A stretch of DNA of 64,000 nt from Eledone cirrhosa (GCA_964016885.1 OZ024742.1:251038001-251102000), one strand, 5' to 3'; shown: positions 46,915 through 60,599, numbered from the stretch's first letter. The notes: generated by a model not told the origin, from the sequence alone. Made by a program: numbers and translations.

Positions 46915-47460
46915 TGATATGAGACAAGTCTGACCGGTTAGCCGTGCCATACCTTGCTCAAACAAAACTGTATTTTGGCTGAGATTTTTACAGCTGGATG
47001 CCTCTCTGAACACCAACCATATTTACAGTGTGGAACAAGGTGGTCCTGTTATGAGACAAGTCTGGCCAGATGGTCACCCCGAACCTTGCACATATTGGGA
47101 CTATGTGTTGGCTGAGTTTTCATGGCTGCTGGATGCCCTTCCTAACACCAACCAAGTTTACAGTGTGGAACTGGGTGGCACTATTATGAGGAGGGTCTGA
47201 CCAGTTGGCCGTGCTGTATCCTGCTCATAGAGGAACCATATTTTGGGAGCTGGCTGGTCCCATTATGAGGGAGATCTGGCCAGTTGGCCACGCCATCCCT
47301 TGCTCGTAGTGGGGCTGTGTTTTTACGCTGGGTTTTTACGACTGCAGGATACCGTTCCTACCACCAACCAGGTTTACAGAGTGGAACTGGGTTCTACCAT
47401 TGTGAGATTATTCTGGCCAGTTGGCCGCACTGTAACATGCTCAACCGGAACTCTATTTTG
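46915..47460 (+). repeat. degenerate ~80-135-bp tandem repeats containing the SINE-like core
   Basis: Recurring ATGAG..TCTG.CCAGTTGGCC..GCTGGATGCC..CACCAACC..TTTACAG.GTGGAAC units. Confidence 0.7.
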
Positions 47461-48366
47461 AGACTACACCCTCTTTATATGAGACTACACCCTCCCTCTC
47501 AATACCTTCCGCCTCTATCTGAGACCTCCCTCTCAATACCTTCTGCAAGGTAGTTGGTGATAGGAAGAGTATCCAGTCATACAAAAACTTGCCTAAGGAT
47601 TGAGAGGATACCTCAGTTGTGTCAAAGACGTGACAACCTCTCTAATTCCGGTGGCACGATAAAATGCATTCTGTAGAGAGTAGGAATGCATGTAAGCAAG
47701 AAATGGCCCCAAGCATATCTGAGAGGTTAGTAGCTCTGAAAGTCTGATAAAGAACTAATTTGATCTGCGGCGGCCGTCTCCAATTCTAGTTGTTAGTGAA
47801 AAAGAATGTTAAATGATGATGATGACATAATATAAGTGAGTGTGTGTGTGTGTGTGTGCAAAAGGTAAACAGAAACAACAAAGCAAACAACACAGTACAA
47901 TGAAGAAATATATTAGTTTAACGATTAGTAGGAAATGTGTCTTTACGTTTCAGACACTAGTCCTTAATCAGAAGTTAGAGTGAGAAGAGGAAGGAATGAA
48001 AACATTCTTTTGTGAAAAACCATGTGTGTATTTATTCAATCATTCATGTGTGTGTGTGTGTGTAAGTAATAATTCAACCAATGTTTTAACAACTGAAGAA
48101 AAATCTATAGACAGGGATGATTAAAAAACTTTTTTTTATCATTTAGTAAGATACCAATACACGTATTGAAGTCAATCCATATACAAGTAGCCATGTTTAA
48201 AAAAAAACAATAACAACATCAATGAATTAAAAAAAGGAAAAACAAAAAAACAAAACACTTAAAAACAAAAAAAAAACACAAAAACTAAAAAAAATTAAAA
48301 TGTAAGGAAATATATGCAGAAAAATTTAGGGCTGCAACACTCACTTGGGGCAGGTTTCTTCTCAAA

Positions 48367-48732
48367 CCCTTTAGCATTTACATTATTCTATATTTACTAT
48401 TGTATTTCATGGTGAACACTTTATTTCACATAATTATCTCAAGTAATATCAAATCTATGAGATCATCATCATCATCATCATCATTTTACGTCCGCTTTTC
48501 CCTGCTTGCAAGGGTTGGACGGGTCCTATTCAGCACAGCATCTCTCCACCCGTCACGGTCCTTCGTCATCTCCTCCGTGAGTTTCAGCGATCTGAGGTCT
48601 GCTCTCACCACCGCCACCCATGTTGATATTAATTATTTTGAGAACAATACCTTAACATCAGTATGAGCAGCCAGTTACAGCTGGTTTGAACAGGAAGAAG
48701 TGAGAGAATTCTAACTGGATACGGCTAAAGGG
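48367..48732. mobile_element. piggyBac-like MITE with an RTE 3' tail inserted at ~48462-48622
   Basis: CCCTTTAGC..GCTAAAGGG termini; homologous to 54154-54937; (ATC)n-tailed insert. Confidence 0.6.
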
Positions 48733-48934
48733 CTAAAGACATTCTAATAATAATATAATATGAGAATGAGGAGGATACATAATCTTGACAAGGAGCAAGA
48801 CACTCCAAAACAATTGTTGATTGTTTTCTCTCAGCTACAGCTCGAACAAAAGGATGACTTGTCATCCACCACGTGGTGTTTTATGAGACTGTTTACTTAT
48901 AAACAAACCGAATATTAATAATGTTATGATATTA

Positions 48935-49060
48935 TTGTGGATTGGCAGTATCGTAGAAGGTCTTGCAACAAAGAGTTACGGCCCTTTACAGTCTGGGTTC
49001 AAATCCCGCCGAGGTTAACTTTGCCTTTCATTCTTACGGGGTCGATAAAATAAAGTATTA
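48935..49060 (+). repeat. tRNA-derived SINE fragment
   Basis: B-box GGTTCAAATCC followed by GAGGTTAACTTTGCCTTTCAT..GGGGTCGATAAAATAA; related copy at ~63865-64000. Confidence 0.7.
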
Positions 49061-49593
49061 TTATAAAATAAAGTTATTATTATTCACTCAGGAATACAAA
49101 ATGTTATAAGTTTTCCTTAAAATCTTGGTTTTGTTAGTAACTCTTATTTATGCTCTGTGACCTTACACTCATATGATATTTGTTTTTTTATCCCATGGAT
49201 TACACCTTGGATTTGTTCATTATATTTGCAGAACGTACACAAGTATTGGGCTTTAAAACTTCTTGACATATCTCAACAAAGTTAGTTGCTCAACTTATTA
49301 CATTTGTGATTTGTACGCGTGTGTTATATAGTTATAGAGGTGCGTATATACATTTTAATTTATATTTTTAATTATTGTGTGTCTACCCTGCCTCCCATAG
49401 GATATAGATTCCATACACTGGTGGTTTTCCCTGTTTTATTGGTGGCACACTATCTCTCTCTCTCTCTAGTGTGTTACCTCTTCAACATATTGTATTTTAA
49501 AGAGCTCAGGATTCCTTTTCCTTTGAGCACATTATTGACAGGGACTAGCGAGAGTCTATGGCTCTGTTAATTTATCGTGTTATATATATATAT

Positions 49594-49787
49594 ATATAGA
49601 TGAGATTCTACAGGACTAGAACTGTTTCATTCTTTAGAAATCATCAGGAATCTCAGATTCCTGATGATTTCTAAAGAATGAAACAGTTCTAGTCCTGTAG
49701 AATCTCATCTATATTAAAACTTTTATACTCTGCAATGTATTGAGTACCTTACTTACTGTGGTTACCTCCGATTCAACCCGGAATAAC

Positions 49788-49790
<3 letters not shown>
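49594..49790. repeat. (TA)n-flanked pLTR-like fragment with a perfect ~120-bp fold-back and hammerhead-like core
   Basis: Palindrome centred on 49654; CTGATGA (49661)..GAAAC..GTC. Confidence 0.75.
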
Positions 49791-49833
<43 letters not shown>

Positions 49834-49996
49834 GATAACAAAATATCATTATAGTTAATCCAATTAGAGGTTGTGAATACTTCTTATTATAGATAGTTTT
49901 AGCGTACGGCGTTGCTTGACTCAACAAGAGGTTTACGTAGATAGCGAGTTTATGATTTCACTTGTATCCTATATAAGTTTATCTTGGAGTAATAAA

Positions 49997-50519
49997 ATTG
50001 AAAAAAATGTGAAGAATAACATGGTCAACAGTACAAAAAAGGGGAATTTATTTACAGTCTAATAATTGTTTCTCTGCTTGAGTTGTCTAAACATTGCTGA
50101 ACACTAGAAGCAGTGCCACTCAATTTTAAATACAATGTTAACTCTATTAGATCTTCGGAAACTGTTAAAAAAATATATATGTAACCGGCAAATTTACAAA
50201 TTCAAATAAAGATATAGAGAGAAAAGGAGGAAGAAAGGGAGATACTGTATCTATCTCCCTTTCTTCCTCCTTTTCTCTCTATATCTTTATTATTAATATT
50301 ATTATTGATGATGCAATTTGAATTTGTAAATTTGCCGGTTACATATATATTTTTTTAACAGTTTCCGAAGATCTAATAGAGTTAACATCGTATCTAAAAT
50401 TGAGTGGCACTGCTTTTAGTGTTAAGCAATTTTTAGACAACTCTATCAGTGAAACAATTGTTACACTGCAAATAAATCCCTTTTTTTGTACTGTTGACCA
50501 TGTTATTCTCCACTTTTTC

Positions 50520-50523
<4 letters not shown>
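49997..50523. repeat. ~530-bp imperfect inverted repeat with an inner near-perfect hairpin (50205-50292)
   Basis: 49997-50205 is the reverse complement of 50316-50523; ends at (TA)n. Confidence 0.85.
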
Positions 50524-50552
<29 letters not shown>

Positions 50553-50557
<5 letters not shown>

Positions 50558-50893
50558 GTTTGTATATGTATAATAAAGCCAAAACAATGCACGTATGGAC
50601 ATAGAATAAAGAATGCAAATGCAAAAGATAATGTTGACAATTAGTCTTTTACCTTAGATTTATTTAAATGTCCTTAATTTTCGAGATAATATCTCTTCTT
50701 CGGAGGGAAGTAAAGCGGTTAAACCAGTGTTCTAAATAGCTTGCCAAGTCATCCCTCCGAAGAAGAGATATTATCTCGAAAATTAAGGACATTTAAATAA
50801 ATCTAAGGTAAAAGACTAATTGTCTTTTGCATTTGCATTCTTTATTCTATGTCCATACCTGCATTGTTTTGGCTTTATTATACATATACAAAC

Positions 50894-50942
<49 letters not shown>

Positions 50943-50992
50943 CAAACGTTTATACCTCATTACACAATGCTTCAAGTGAACTATAACTTCCT

Positions 50993-50995
<3 letters not shown>
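50553..50995. mobile_element. solo inverted pair of Penelope pLTR fragments plus tail, same family as 3383-7171
   Basis: 50553-50751 inverted, 50752-50898 direct, tail 50940-50995 matches 7116-7171; all ends in (TA)n. Confidence 0.88.
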
Positions 50996-51056
<61 letters not shown>

Positions 51057-51647
51057 TCATTTAATGTCCATTTTCCACACTAGCATGGGTTAGACTTGTT
51101 TGTCCCATTAGAGGCAAGTTGAGTTGGGTGAACGTGTCTTGGTCATATAGGATAGTTTCTGGCTAGATTTCTACAGCTGGATGTCCTTCCTAACGCCAAC
51201 CACATTTACAGTGTGGGCTGGGTGCTTTTTGCCGTGTCTCTTACACAACCACTTTACAGTGTGGGCTGGGTGCTTTTCGCTGTGACACCTACACAACCAC
51301 TTTACAATGCACGGGTTCCTGAGATACGGGTTTTTCCAGGTACCTTCATAAATATAGAGAGAGAACGATAGAGATAAAATGAGAGAGTAGAATGAAAGAG
51401 AGACATAGAGTGAGCGAGAGAAGGAGAATGGAAGAGAGAGAGCTGATGGTGTTGTTGTGTATATATATATATATATATATGTGAGTGTGTGTGTATATAT
51501 ATATATATATATATGTGTGTGTATATATATGTGTGTGTGTATATATCTAACCCATGCTAGCGTGGAAGATAGACATTAAACGATGATGATGATGATGATG
51601 TGTGTGTGTGTGTGTCTCTGACCAATGTATATAGATCACAGACACCC

Positions 51648-51716
<69 letters not shown>

Positions 51717-51823
51717 ACGAAGGAAACGTTGTAAGGAACCAGGTGGACCATAACGCACCAAAGTACTCAATACTTGGGGTAGTAGAGTGGGTAATAGGAA
51801 CCAGTAAGAACCTTACTGGTTCC

Positions 51824-51859
<36 letters not shown>

Positions 51860-52189
51860 TTTATATATTTCCATATACACGTATATATATATGGGCCTTC
51901 CAGTTTCATTTCACATTATATACATGTCTGTGTATATTTTAATTATTTAAGAATTATTTTTAAGTGAACATGACCGAACGAGTCACGGGTGGTCTAGTTA
52001 TATTATACTATTAGTATGCTATGGTGGTTAACAGCATATATATGTATAAATTTATGTATGTATGTGTAATTCGAAAACACACACATACACACACACATAT
52101 ATATATATATATATAGTACAATTTTAAAAAATATGATCAACACTAATGTGTTTTTTTTGCAAAATGACAATAATTTTTTTTTTTTTTAA

Positions 52190-52221
<32 letters not shown>

Positions 52222-52226
<5 letters not shown>

Positions 52227-52490
52227 AACAGGTAAGACCCCGACAGCTGAGCTCAAGCCGTTTCGACGGCTAATTCTGTACTGAATGATTCAGTACAGAA
52301 TTAGCCGTCGAAACGGCTTGAGCTCAGCTGTCGGGGTCTTACCACCTGTTCCTATTACCCACTCTACTACCTTAAGTATTGAGTACTTTGGTGCGTTATG
52401 GTCCACCTGGTTCCTTACCACATTTCCTTCGTTATATATATATATAACGAAGAAATGTGGTAAGGAACCAGGTGGACCATAACGCACCAA
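52222..52490. repeat. double fold-back of the second pLTR-like family
   Basis: Palindrome centred on 52287 (arms 52231-52343) and a second centred on (TA)n at ~52440. Confidence 0.85.
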
Positions 52491-52929
52491 ATATATATAT
52501 ATACGCACCAAATATATATATATATATATATAAGGTAATGATATATATATATATATTAGTGAGAGCTCGGTGGTTTTGGCTAGTTACCTCTTCTAGCCAT
52601 CATCAGGCAATTTTTTTTTAATTTAAGGGAAATAGCCACTGACTGAACTTCTACACATGCAAACAACAGCCCTATGACTTGCCATTGTGACCCTATCCAT
52701 CACTCCCACTCAATAGTGTATCTTGTCATGTAGTTTTGTTTATCTGTGTATCTTATTTACCTTCTGTCTTCTCTACTATCCTGCCTCTCCTTTTCCTCTC
52801 CATTCTGTCTTCCTCCTCTTCCCTTCCTCATTTCAACCTCCCTTCCCTCCCTTCATTTCCCTTAAATTCGAAAAAAAATTGCCTGATAATAGATAGAAGA
52901 GGTAATGTCCCAAAATATGGTTTCGACTT

Positions 52930-53690
52930 GAGAATGGTTTGTTGTGTGGAGAGGCCCCAGCTCCGAAACTGGTGTACTACTGTGGGAGTGTTTCGACACA
53001 ACCAAATATGCCTGTCCCTTCTCATAGGCGTGTCATCCAGTGCTGCCCCCCCCCCCCAACTGTGTTGCTGCTGTGAGCCTGGTTCCCATACTGTGGTTCC
53101 ACACCTATCCTTGCTCAGAGTGGTATCACCCAGTACTGGGCCCTTAAACTATGGTTACGCTGTGAGATGGGTCCGGCGCAGCCAACTGGCCTGTCCCTCC
53201 TCATGGCAGTGCCATCCGATACGAGACCATGAAACTATGGCTATGCTGTGAGATGGGTTAGGCTCCTCGTACCGGTGCCACCCAGTACTGGGCTCCAACT
53301 GGTGGTTTAGTACTGAGAAGGGTTCGTCAGGGCCCTGCCAAAAGAAGTGTCCATTGCTGCTGTGCTGCTGTGAGAGGGGTTCGGCATGGCCAACTGTCCT
53401 GTCCTTTACCATAGTGGTGTCAACAGAACAAGGCTGGGCTCTACTGTGAGATGGGTTCGGCACGGCCAATTGGGCTCTCTCTCCTCATGCTGGAATCACG
53501 TGGCATCCAATACCTGAACTGTGGGTCTACTGTGTGTAAGGTTCGGCACGGCCAACTGGCCTGTCCCTCCTCATAGTGGTGCCATCCAGCCCCAGGCTGC
53601 TGGGGTCTGGTTTTGCACTGAGAAATGTCCGTCATGTGGAGAGTGCCCAGCTCTGAAACTAGAGTACACCACCATGAGAAGGGTTTGTCC
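52930..53690. repeat. degenerate minisatellite (~55-95-bp units, CTGTGAGATGGGTTCGGCACGGCCAACTGGCCTGTCCCTCCTCAT)
   Basis: About 8-9 recognisable units. Confidence 0.75.
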
Positions 53691-54153
53691 ACTAGTAAAG
53701 ATACTCTAAATATTTAAATGAACAACCTTGTTTTTAAATATTTTCTGCTTGATAATTACAGAATATTAAGAGTTTAAGGAAAGTATTTAACCCAAAACAA
53801 TTTAGAAAATGAGTCAATCCTTGATTACAATTAGTTTTAATTATCTGGAAAAATTGACGTTAAACGGTGATGATGATGATGATGATGATGATGACAAACA
53901 TGAGGTTTATAACATATAGATAATGTGAGTTAGGGTAATTATATTTAGCTTGAGTTGTTAAGTAATCATTGTTGTCTTTTCATAGATATACTGACAAAAA
54001 ATATTGCTAGGGGGCAGTAAGGTTCTGGGATGTTAATGCCTTTCTTAAAAGAGTTAACAAAGTTAGTTAAGGGAATTAGCTAACCTTTTTTTATACCCAA
54101 CTCCCTAAAATACCCTGATACAAAGCAGCCCACTTCATAATGGTTTTATTTAA

Positions 54154-54937
54154 CCTTTTAGCATTTACATTACCCTATATTTACTATTGTATTTTTGCAA
54201 TAGAGGCTTTTTCTTATATAACACCGAATCTACTGAGATTTTGATAATATTGCTTATTTTGAGAATGATATCTTAACACTGGTATAAGCGACTGGTTATG
54301 GCCAGTTTGAACAGAAAAGGGGGAGACAATTTTTAATAATAATAATGAAATTATTGTGTAAAGTGCTCAGGTGCACTACAACTTGTCAAAGGTGCATGTA
54401 TAGTACATAGAATAATATTCAAATGTCAGGGAAGTGAATAGTGTATGAGTCATGATATACATGTGTGTATGTGTATGGAGGTGATATACATGTGTGTATG
54501 TGTATGTGTATACATTAGGTGTAGTGTTGGCGAATCTCAGGAAGCATGGAGGTTTTAAAGGATGTAGTGTCTCAACAGCTAAAAACTGATGCAAATAGTT
54601 TGTTCCATGCTTCAGCAACTCTGAGTGTGAAAAAATGTTTCCGAAAGTCATGGGAGCTGTGCTGTTTTCTGACTGTGTAGGCATGCCCACGTGTGTTAGA
54701 CACATGGAAATCAAAAAAGGTACTCAGGGTTGTTGTTGGCAAGATGGTTAACAATTTTGTGGGTGTTTACCAAGTCAGTTGCCAGGCGTCGGAGCTTCAA
54801 TGTATCCATGCCCAGGGAAGCAAGGCGTTCAGAGAATGGTAGATGCCTGATGGAGGGTATTCGCTTGGTTGCACGTCTCTGAACAGTTTCCAGGCGGATA
54901 GTTTTTGCCGGATATGGCCAGTTTAAATGTTAAAGGG
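54154..54937. mobile_element. piggyBac-like MITE with TTAA TSDs, carrying a nested CR1 fragment
   Basis: TTAA|CCTTTTAGCATTTA ... TAAATGTTAAAGGG|TTAA. Confidence 0.75.
54335..54897 (-). mobile_element. CR1-clade LINE 3' fragment
   Basis: ORF 54572-54754 NTRGHAY..RKHFFTLRVAEAWNKL; upstream LETVQRRATKRI..LGMDTLKLRR; (ATT)n tail. Confidence 0.88.
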
Positions 54938-55124
54938 TTAAGACATTTTTGCTAAGTTATGCTCCAAATATTTGTGTTAATTATTTCATTAAATGCCTAT
55001 AAACATTTGATTATTTTCAAAATTTATTGAAACACATAGGTAGAGTATTTCAATAGAATTACAGCAGCAAACTGAGTAACTAGCAATAGAAAGAATCACA
55101 GTTTCAATCTTTCACATAGATATA

Positions 55125-55535
55125 GCAACACCACCACCACCAGAAATAACAGCAGCAGCAACCCCCACCACCACCACCAGAAATAACAGCAGCAGTACCG
55201 CCACCACCACCACCAGAAATAACAGCAGCAGCAGTACCGCCACCACCAGAAATAACAGCAGCAGCAACCCCCACCACCACCACCAGAAATAACAGCAGCA
55301 GTACCGCCACCACCACCACCAGAAATAACAGCAGCAGCAGTACCGCCACCACCAGAAATAACAGCAGCAGCAACCCCCACCACCACCACCAGAAATAACA
55401 GCAGCAGTACCGCCACCACCACCACCAGAAATAACAGCAGCAGCAGTACCGCCACCACCACCACCACCAGAAATAACAGCAGCAGCAGCAGTACCACCAC
55501 CACCACCACCAGAAATAACAGCAGCAGCAGTAGCA
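55125..55535. repeat. minisatellite (CAC)n-CAGAAATAA-(CAG)n, ~30-39-bp unit with three-unit higher-order period
   Basis: About 12 CAGAAATAA anchors are visible. Confidence 0.93.
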
Positions 55536-56229
55536 TATATTGACTGATACATGAGCGCAGCACCGAAGTCATCCAATAGCTAGTTATGTGAATAATTAAC
55601 AAAATGTTTCGTTATTTATATTGTAAATACTGCCTCATGTTGACACAACCACTTAAAGTAAGCAATAAACAATTACAACACACACACAGTCTGTAAATCA
55701 ACAGAATCTTTAGAATATTGGATAAGCTTTTATAAACAAATCATTGGATAGTCGAGTGAGTTGAAATTTTTAGGAAATGTAGAAAATCTCAATCACAGAA
55801 AATAATTGTGAACACAGTCGATTGTTGTAAATAATAGTTTAGAAAATTGGATAAAATACTGCTAAGGACAGAAAAAGTGGCCATCTCTCAGGGAGAGAGA
55901 GAGAGTGGAACTCTCAGGGACAGTGGAACTGAGGGAGGGGGGAGCATGCTACCTCTAATAATTATATTTTTCTCCCCAAACTACCAAAATACACATCTAT
56001 TTGTATATGCTCTACAATTTATGTACATGTTATGTTTATCACATATCGAAGTTTTTTTTTAATATCTAATCACTACAACTAATCGCGACAACAAAATTGA
56101 CCAAATTCCCCCCCCCCCTCTACAATTCAGAAAGGCTTCCACTGTCCTTGGTTCTGTAGTGGCTGCTGGCCACTTTTAACATCTATAGGAGTATTTTACC
56201 CAACTTATAGCAATCGAATGTGTTCACAG

Positions 56230-58370
56230 TTATTTTCTACCGTGCAAAATTGCTGTTCGTATGCACGCATCATACAATCTGCCTTTCATTTTGAGGGAAA
56301 AGCCTTTTGCAGCTAGCAGCTCCCTGAACTTCTTCCATCCCGTTCTTACTCTGGTTACTGTACTTTCAGAACACCCACCCAGCTGCTAATTTGGTCACCT
56401 AGGCAGCAGAAGCTGTCTACTGTTTCTACAGAGCCCTCCCAGGATTTGGTAGTGCTTGTTTCCTGTTGCCATTTGCTGCTTACTGTCCCGGAGCAACTGC
56501 TACATGTAAAACCTATTCTTAACTAAACTTCCTGAGATCCCACTACATCTCTTGTGTACCCATAGTTTGCATTTGGGGCAGAGAATGGAATTTCTACCTA
56601 CACCTTTCCTACATACTGAGCAAGGCCATTTCCCTGAGGGGATCTGGGTTCTGTTTTCTCGTCTACTTACGAGGACCTTAGTCTTTGTCAGGTTGACTTT
56701 GAGACCCCTTTTTTGTAGTCCATGCTTCCATGTTTGGAATATCTTCTCTAGTTCCACGATATATTCAGCTATCAGTGTAAGATCATCTACGTACAGAAGT
56801 GCCATGGACATCCAGTCTTAAACTCCTCTGTTATAGCCTGCAATACCATAATAAACAGGAGAGGGCTAAGAACAGAGCCCTGATGGACACTGACCTGTAT
56901 GCTAAATTCTTCGCTATAGTCATTGTTAACCCTAACTTTGCTGACTGCTTCCCTATGTACTGCCTTCACAAGCCATTCATCTACTCCAAGTTTTTTAAGA
57001 GCCCACCAGATTATAGCACAGGGCAGTCTGTCGAAGGCTTTTTTCAGATCGACAAATGCCAGGTAGAGCGGCTTACTTTTAGCTAGGTACTTTTCCTGTA
57101 ACTGCCTCACAAGGAAGAGAGCATTAGTGGTGCTTTTGCCTGGCACAAAACCAAACTGTATCTCATCTAGATTTACCTGTTCCCTAATCAGCTGTGCTAT
57201 ACCTCTTTTCGTTACTTTCATGACCTGGTCCATCAGCTTTATACCTCTATAGTTTCCTCTATCTAGTGCATCTCCTTTATCCTTGAGGAGGTGACAATGA
57301 TGCTGCTGCGCTAATCATTTGGTATGACACCCTCTAGTATTACTTGGTTAACAATATGTGTGGTTATGGTGTGACCTACCGACCCAGATGCTTTCAGCAT
57401 CTCGGCAGCTATATCCGATGGATCAGTTGCTTTCCCAGTCTTCATATCCTTAATTGCCTTACTTACTACACTGCTGCTGACTTGTATTGCTGGGCCCTGT
57501 ATAGGGTCCAGTTTGGGTAGGGTCTTTTTCTCCCATGCATTCTCCTCATTCAGTAATCTTTCATAATGGCTCTTTTCTCGGCACTTGTGAAGGCAAGCTC
57601 ACCTTTATCATCCCGGACAACTTCTCTCCAATGATATCACAATTTTCTCTAACACACTGCCTCGCAATCCGTAACACCTCCTGGTGTTTCTGGTCCTCAC
57701 GCTGCAAAACCTGCTTGGACCTTTTATCCTCCACTTTCCTTCTAAGTATACTTGTCCCCTAGCTTCCCTCCTGGCCTCTATGTAATGTACCCTGCTTCCC
57801 CCATTCTTCCATTGTTTCCATGCCTGTCTCTTAACTTTAATTGCCTCAACTACCTTATTGTTCCACCACCAAGTCACTCTCCTTCTCCCTGTGGTCTTGC
57901 TCCAACCACAAATCTCCTCTGTCACCTTTAATAAGTCTCCTGCAATGATTAGGAAGTCATTGTAATTTGTTAGGACAGTAGCGTGTATTAAGGACTCGTA
58001 AAACCTATCCTTAAGTTCATCTGGCAACCCAGATTGGGGTGCGTAAGCTGATATAATTGTAGTAATTGTTTTATTCAGGACTAGTCTGAGTTTAATGATT
58101 CTTGCATTCTCCCTGTTCACTGAGATTACCTTATCTACCCATTTGTCAGCTAATAGTATACCTACACCACCCAACCCATTGTCATTTCTCACCCAGAAAA
58201 ATTTGTAGCAGTGATTTTTGCCTACAAAGACTCTAGCGGACTCTCCTCTCCATCTAGTAGTCTCTTGCACACTGCATACATCAATTTCCTTTCGCTCTAA
58301 CATCTCTACGATTTCTCCTACTCTTCCTTTCACTGTGCTCGCGTTGATGATGCCGACTCAGAGTTTTGGG
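56230..58370 (-). mobile_element. RTE-clade LINE, long degenerate copy (APE plus RT)
   Basis: ORFs 57608-58333 (SVQET, SAYAPQ, IIAGD), 56787-57233 (QFGFVPGKST, FVDLKKAFD, VHQGSVLSP) and 56500-56811 (LLYVDDL). Confidence 0.9.
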
Positions 58371-59884
58371 CATTTGTTGTTACTGGTGGGAGAGGATGAA
58401 TTTTTGCGGGGGAGTATGTATGCTTTCTGTCTCTGAATTAAAGCTTTGCATGGACACTTGGTAACTCATGGATTCATATTCATTTATTTATTCAGGGTTG
58501 TCCATCATCCTCAGCTCACTCATAGATAATGATGAAAAAGAATTTCTTTAAGGCAGGAATAGAAAAGACGGTAGTAGTAATGGCAGAATTCGTTGTTGCA
58601 GGTAGTGGGTGAGGATATGTTGCTGTGGTTTGATTGGTCAAAGATTCTATGGTGGTGAGTGGGGGTGGGCAGAGAAAAATTGAGAGATAGGTAGCCATCA
58701 TGGCGTATATTGTCGCTGAAGATTCAGGGTAAATAAGCAAATACAAGTAGGCATATTCGACAAGGTGAATGTGTGAGAATTTCGAAGACAGTCACCAACT
58801 AAATGATAGATTGATTGGGATGAGTTCGAATATGTGGAGAGTTGGAGAGGAGAATATACAGCGTGGTCTGGACCCCTCTCATACACACCCAACTGCAACC
58901 AATATCTCCCAGCCAGACAAAGGACACTGAGCACCCTAGTGTTGTAATGACATAGTACAAGAGTCAAAATAAAATGCTCCCAATACATGCTTGGTTGACA
59001 TTAGGAAGGGCATCAAACTGTAGAAACCATGTGCCGAGTACATGCAGTAAAGTGATTGGTGTTATGAAGAACATCCAGCTGTAGAATCAAGCCTAAAACA
59101 GAACATATGAGCAACACATGGTCACCTGACGTATCAAGCCTCACCACATGACAACCTGTTTAACTCATGCAGACATGGAAAATGATAATGAGGTTGTACA
59201 TGTGAGTGAATGTTTTTGTTATATATCCTGGTTCAAGTTCGTTAAGCTAATATGACATTCACCATTAAAAAGCTGACCTGTAAGTTATAAACAAACCCAT
59301 CACTATTGCTGCTGTTTATAGGCACATAAAGAGGGGGCGGAGATATATACAGTACACTTTGTGAAATTGTAGTATTGGTACCACAATATAATGCACCAAA
59401 TACACTTTGTAAAGTGTTAGTGCTGGTGCCAATATAAAATATACCCAGAACACTCAGTATAGTGATAGTTCTGACCCCATGATAAAATGTACCCAGTACA
59501 TTATGTATCGTGTCATGTTAAAATGGTTATGCTGGTATTGCAAAACCAATGCACTCAGTAAACACTCTAAAGTTATGTTAGGACGGACATCCATCCATAG
59601 AAACCATGCCAAATATGTAATGTATGAGTAAGATGAGGTCGCTTCAATATGTCCTATCTAGGACTGACAACCTGACCAACACATGCCATTGTGGAAAGTC
59701 GATGTAAAATCAGGAGGATTAGATGTTTTAAAAATTTAATACCTGTATGTATAACTTTTCAATTCCAATTACTTGCGTCAACCGAGTTTGATATGTTAAA
59801 TTGGAGGTTTGGTGTGTATTCTATTTGTTTTTTGCATGAGTACCCCCGAAAACTGAAGTCCCCACCCCAGGGTCTAAATCCGGC

Positions 59885-60599
59885 CCTGCTCACAAACACA
59901 ACACTCCCCCCCCCCCACACACAAACACCCACCACAAGCAAACACACAACAAACACAACACAAACAAACACAAACACAAAAAACACAACATACAAACACT
60001 CACATACACACACATACAACAAAAACAACACACCAGACCTGCCAACCTCTAAAAACCCAAACGGTGAGTACCATGAAAAAAAGTGCCCCAAAACAGGGAG
60101 AAATGGGGCAAAATCGGTAGATTTTACACAATGAAAGCTATACCCATTTTCACAAGAGAAGGCATCTCTCACCCACCCCAAAGTATTTAATATCCTAACT
60201 GACAAAATTCATCAAATTTTCTCAACTTTAGAGACATCAGAACAATATAAAAAGTATGTGATGCCGCTGCGTAAAATGGTTGTGCTGGTATTGCAAAACC
60301 AATGCATGTAGTACACACTCTAGAGTTACACACACAAACACAACACATACACAACAAGCACGCACAAGCAACCGCCCAATACACACACACACAAACACTC
60401 AGACACACACAACAAATACAACACATACACACAAACACATACACACAATACAGGCACAACAAGCACACACACACACATACAACAAACACAACACAAACAT
60501 TCACATACACACACACAACGAACGCGCGCACACACACACACCACAGACACAACAAAAACACATACAACAAACACGCATATAATGACTCACACACACAGA
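59885..60599. repeat. CA/CAA-rich compound microsatellites with a short unique spacer
   Basis: Directly visible at 59890-60035 and 60310-60599. Confidence 0.85.

Noticed and set aside
47935-47978. Minus-strand hammerhead-like motif
   Set aside because: Core reads CTGATTA (G8 lost); at best a dead pLTR relic.
48960-49020. tRNA gene
   Set aside because: Only a B-box with no cloverleaf; it is a SINE head.
51965-52000. Possible Helitron 3' end (..CACGGGTGGTCTAGT)
   Set aside because: Hairpin is weak and no matching 5' end was identified.
55096-55602. Gly/Ala-repeat ORFs; CRISPR-like periodicity
   Set aside because: Minisatellite with no unique spacers and no cas genes, in a eukaryotic context.
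55915-56150. Possible MITE with AGGGACAGTGGAA / TTCCACTGTCCTT ends
   Set aside because: Short inverted match and no TSD found.
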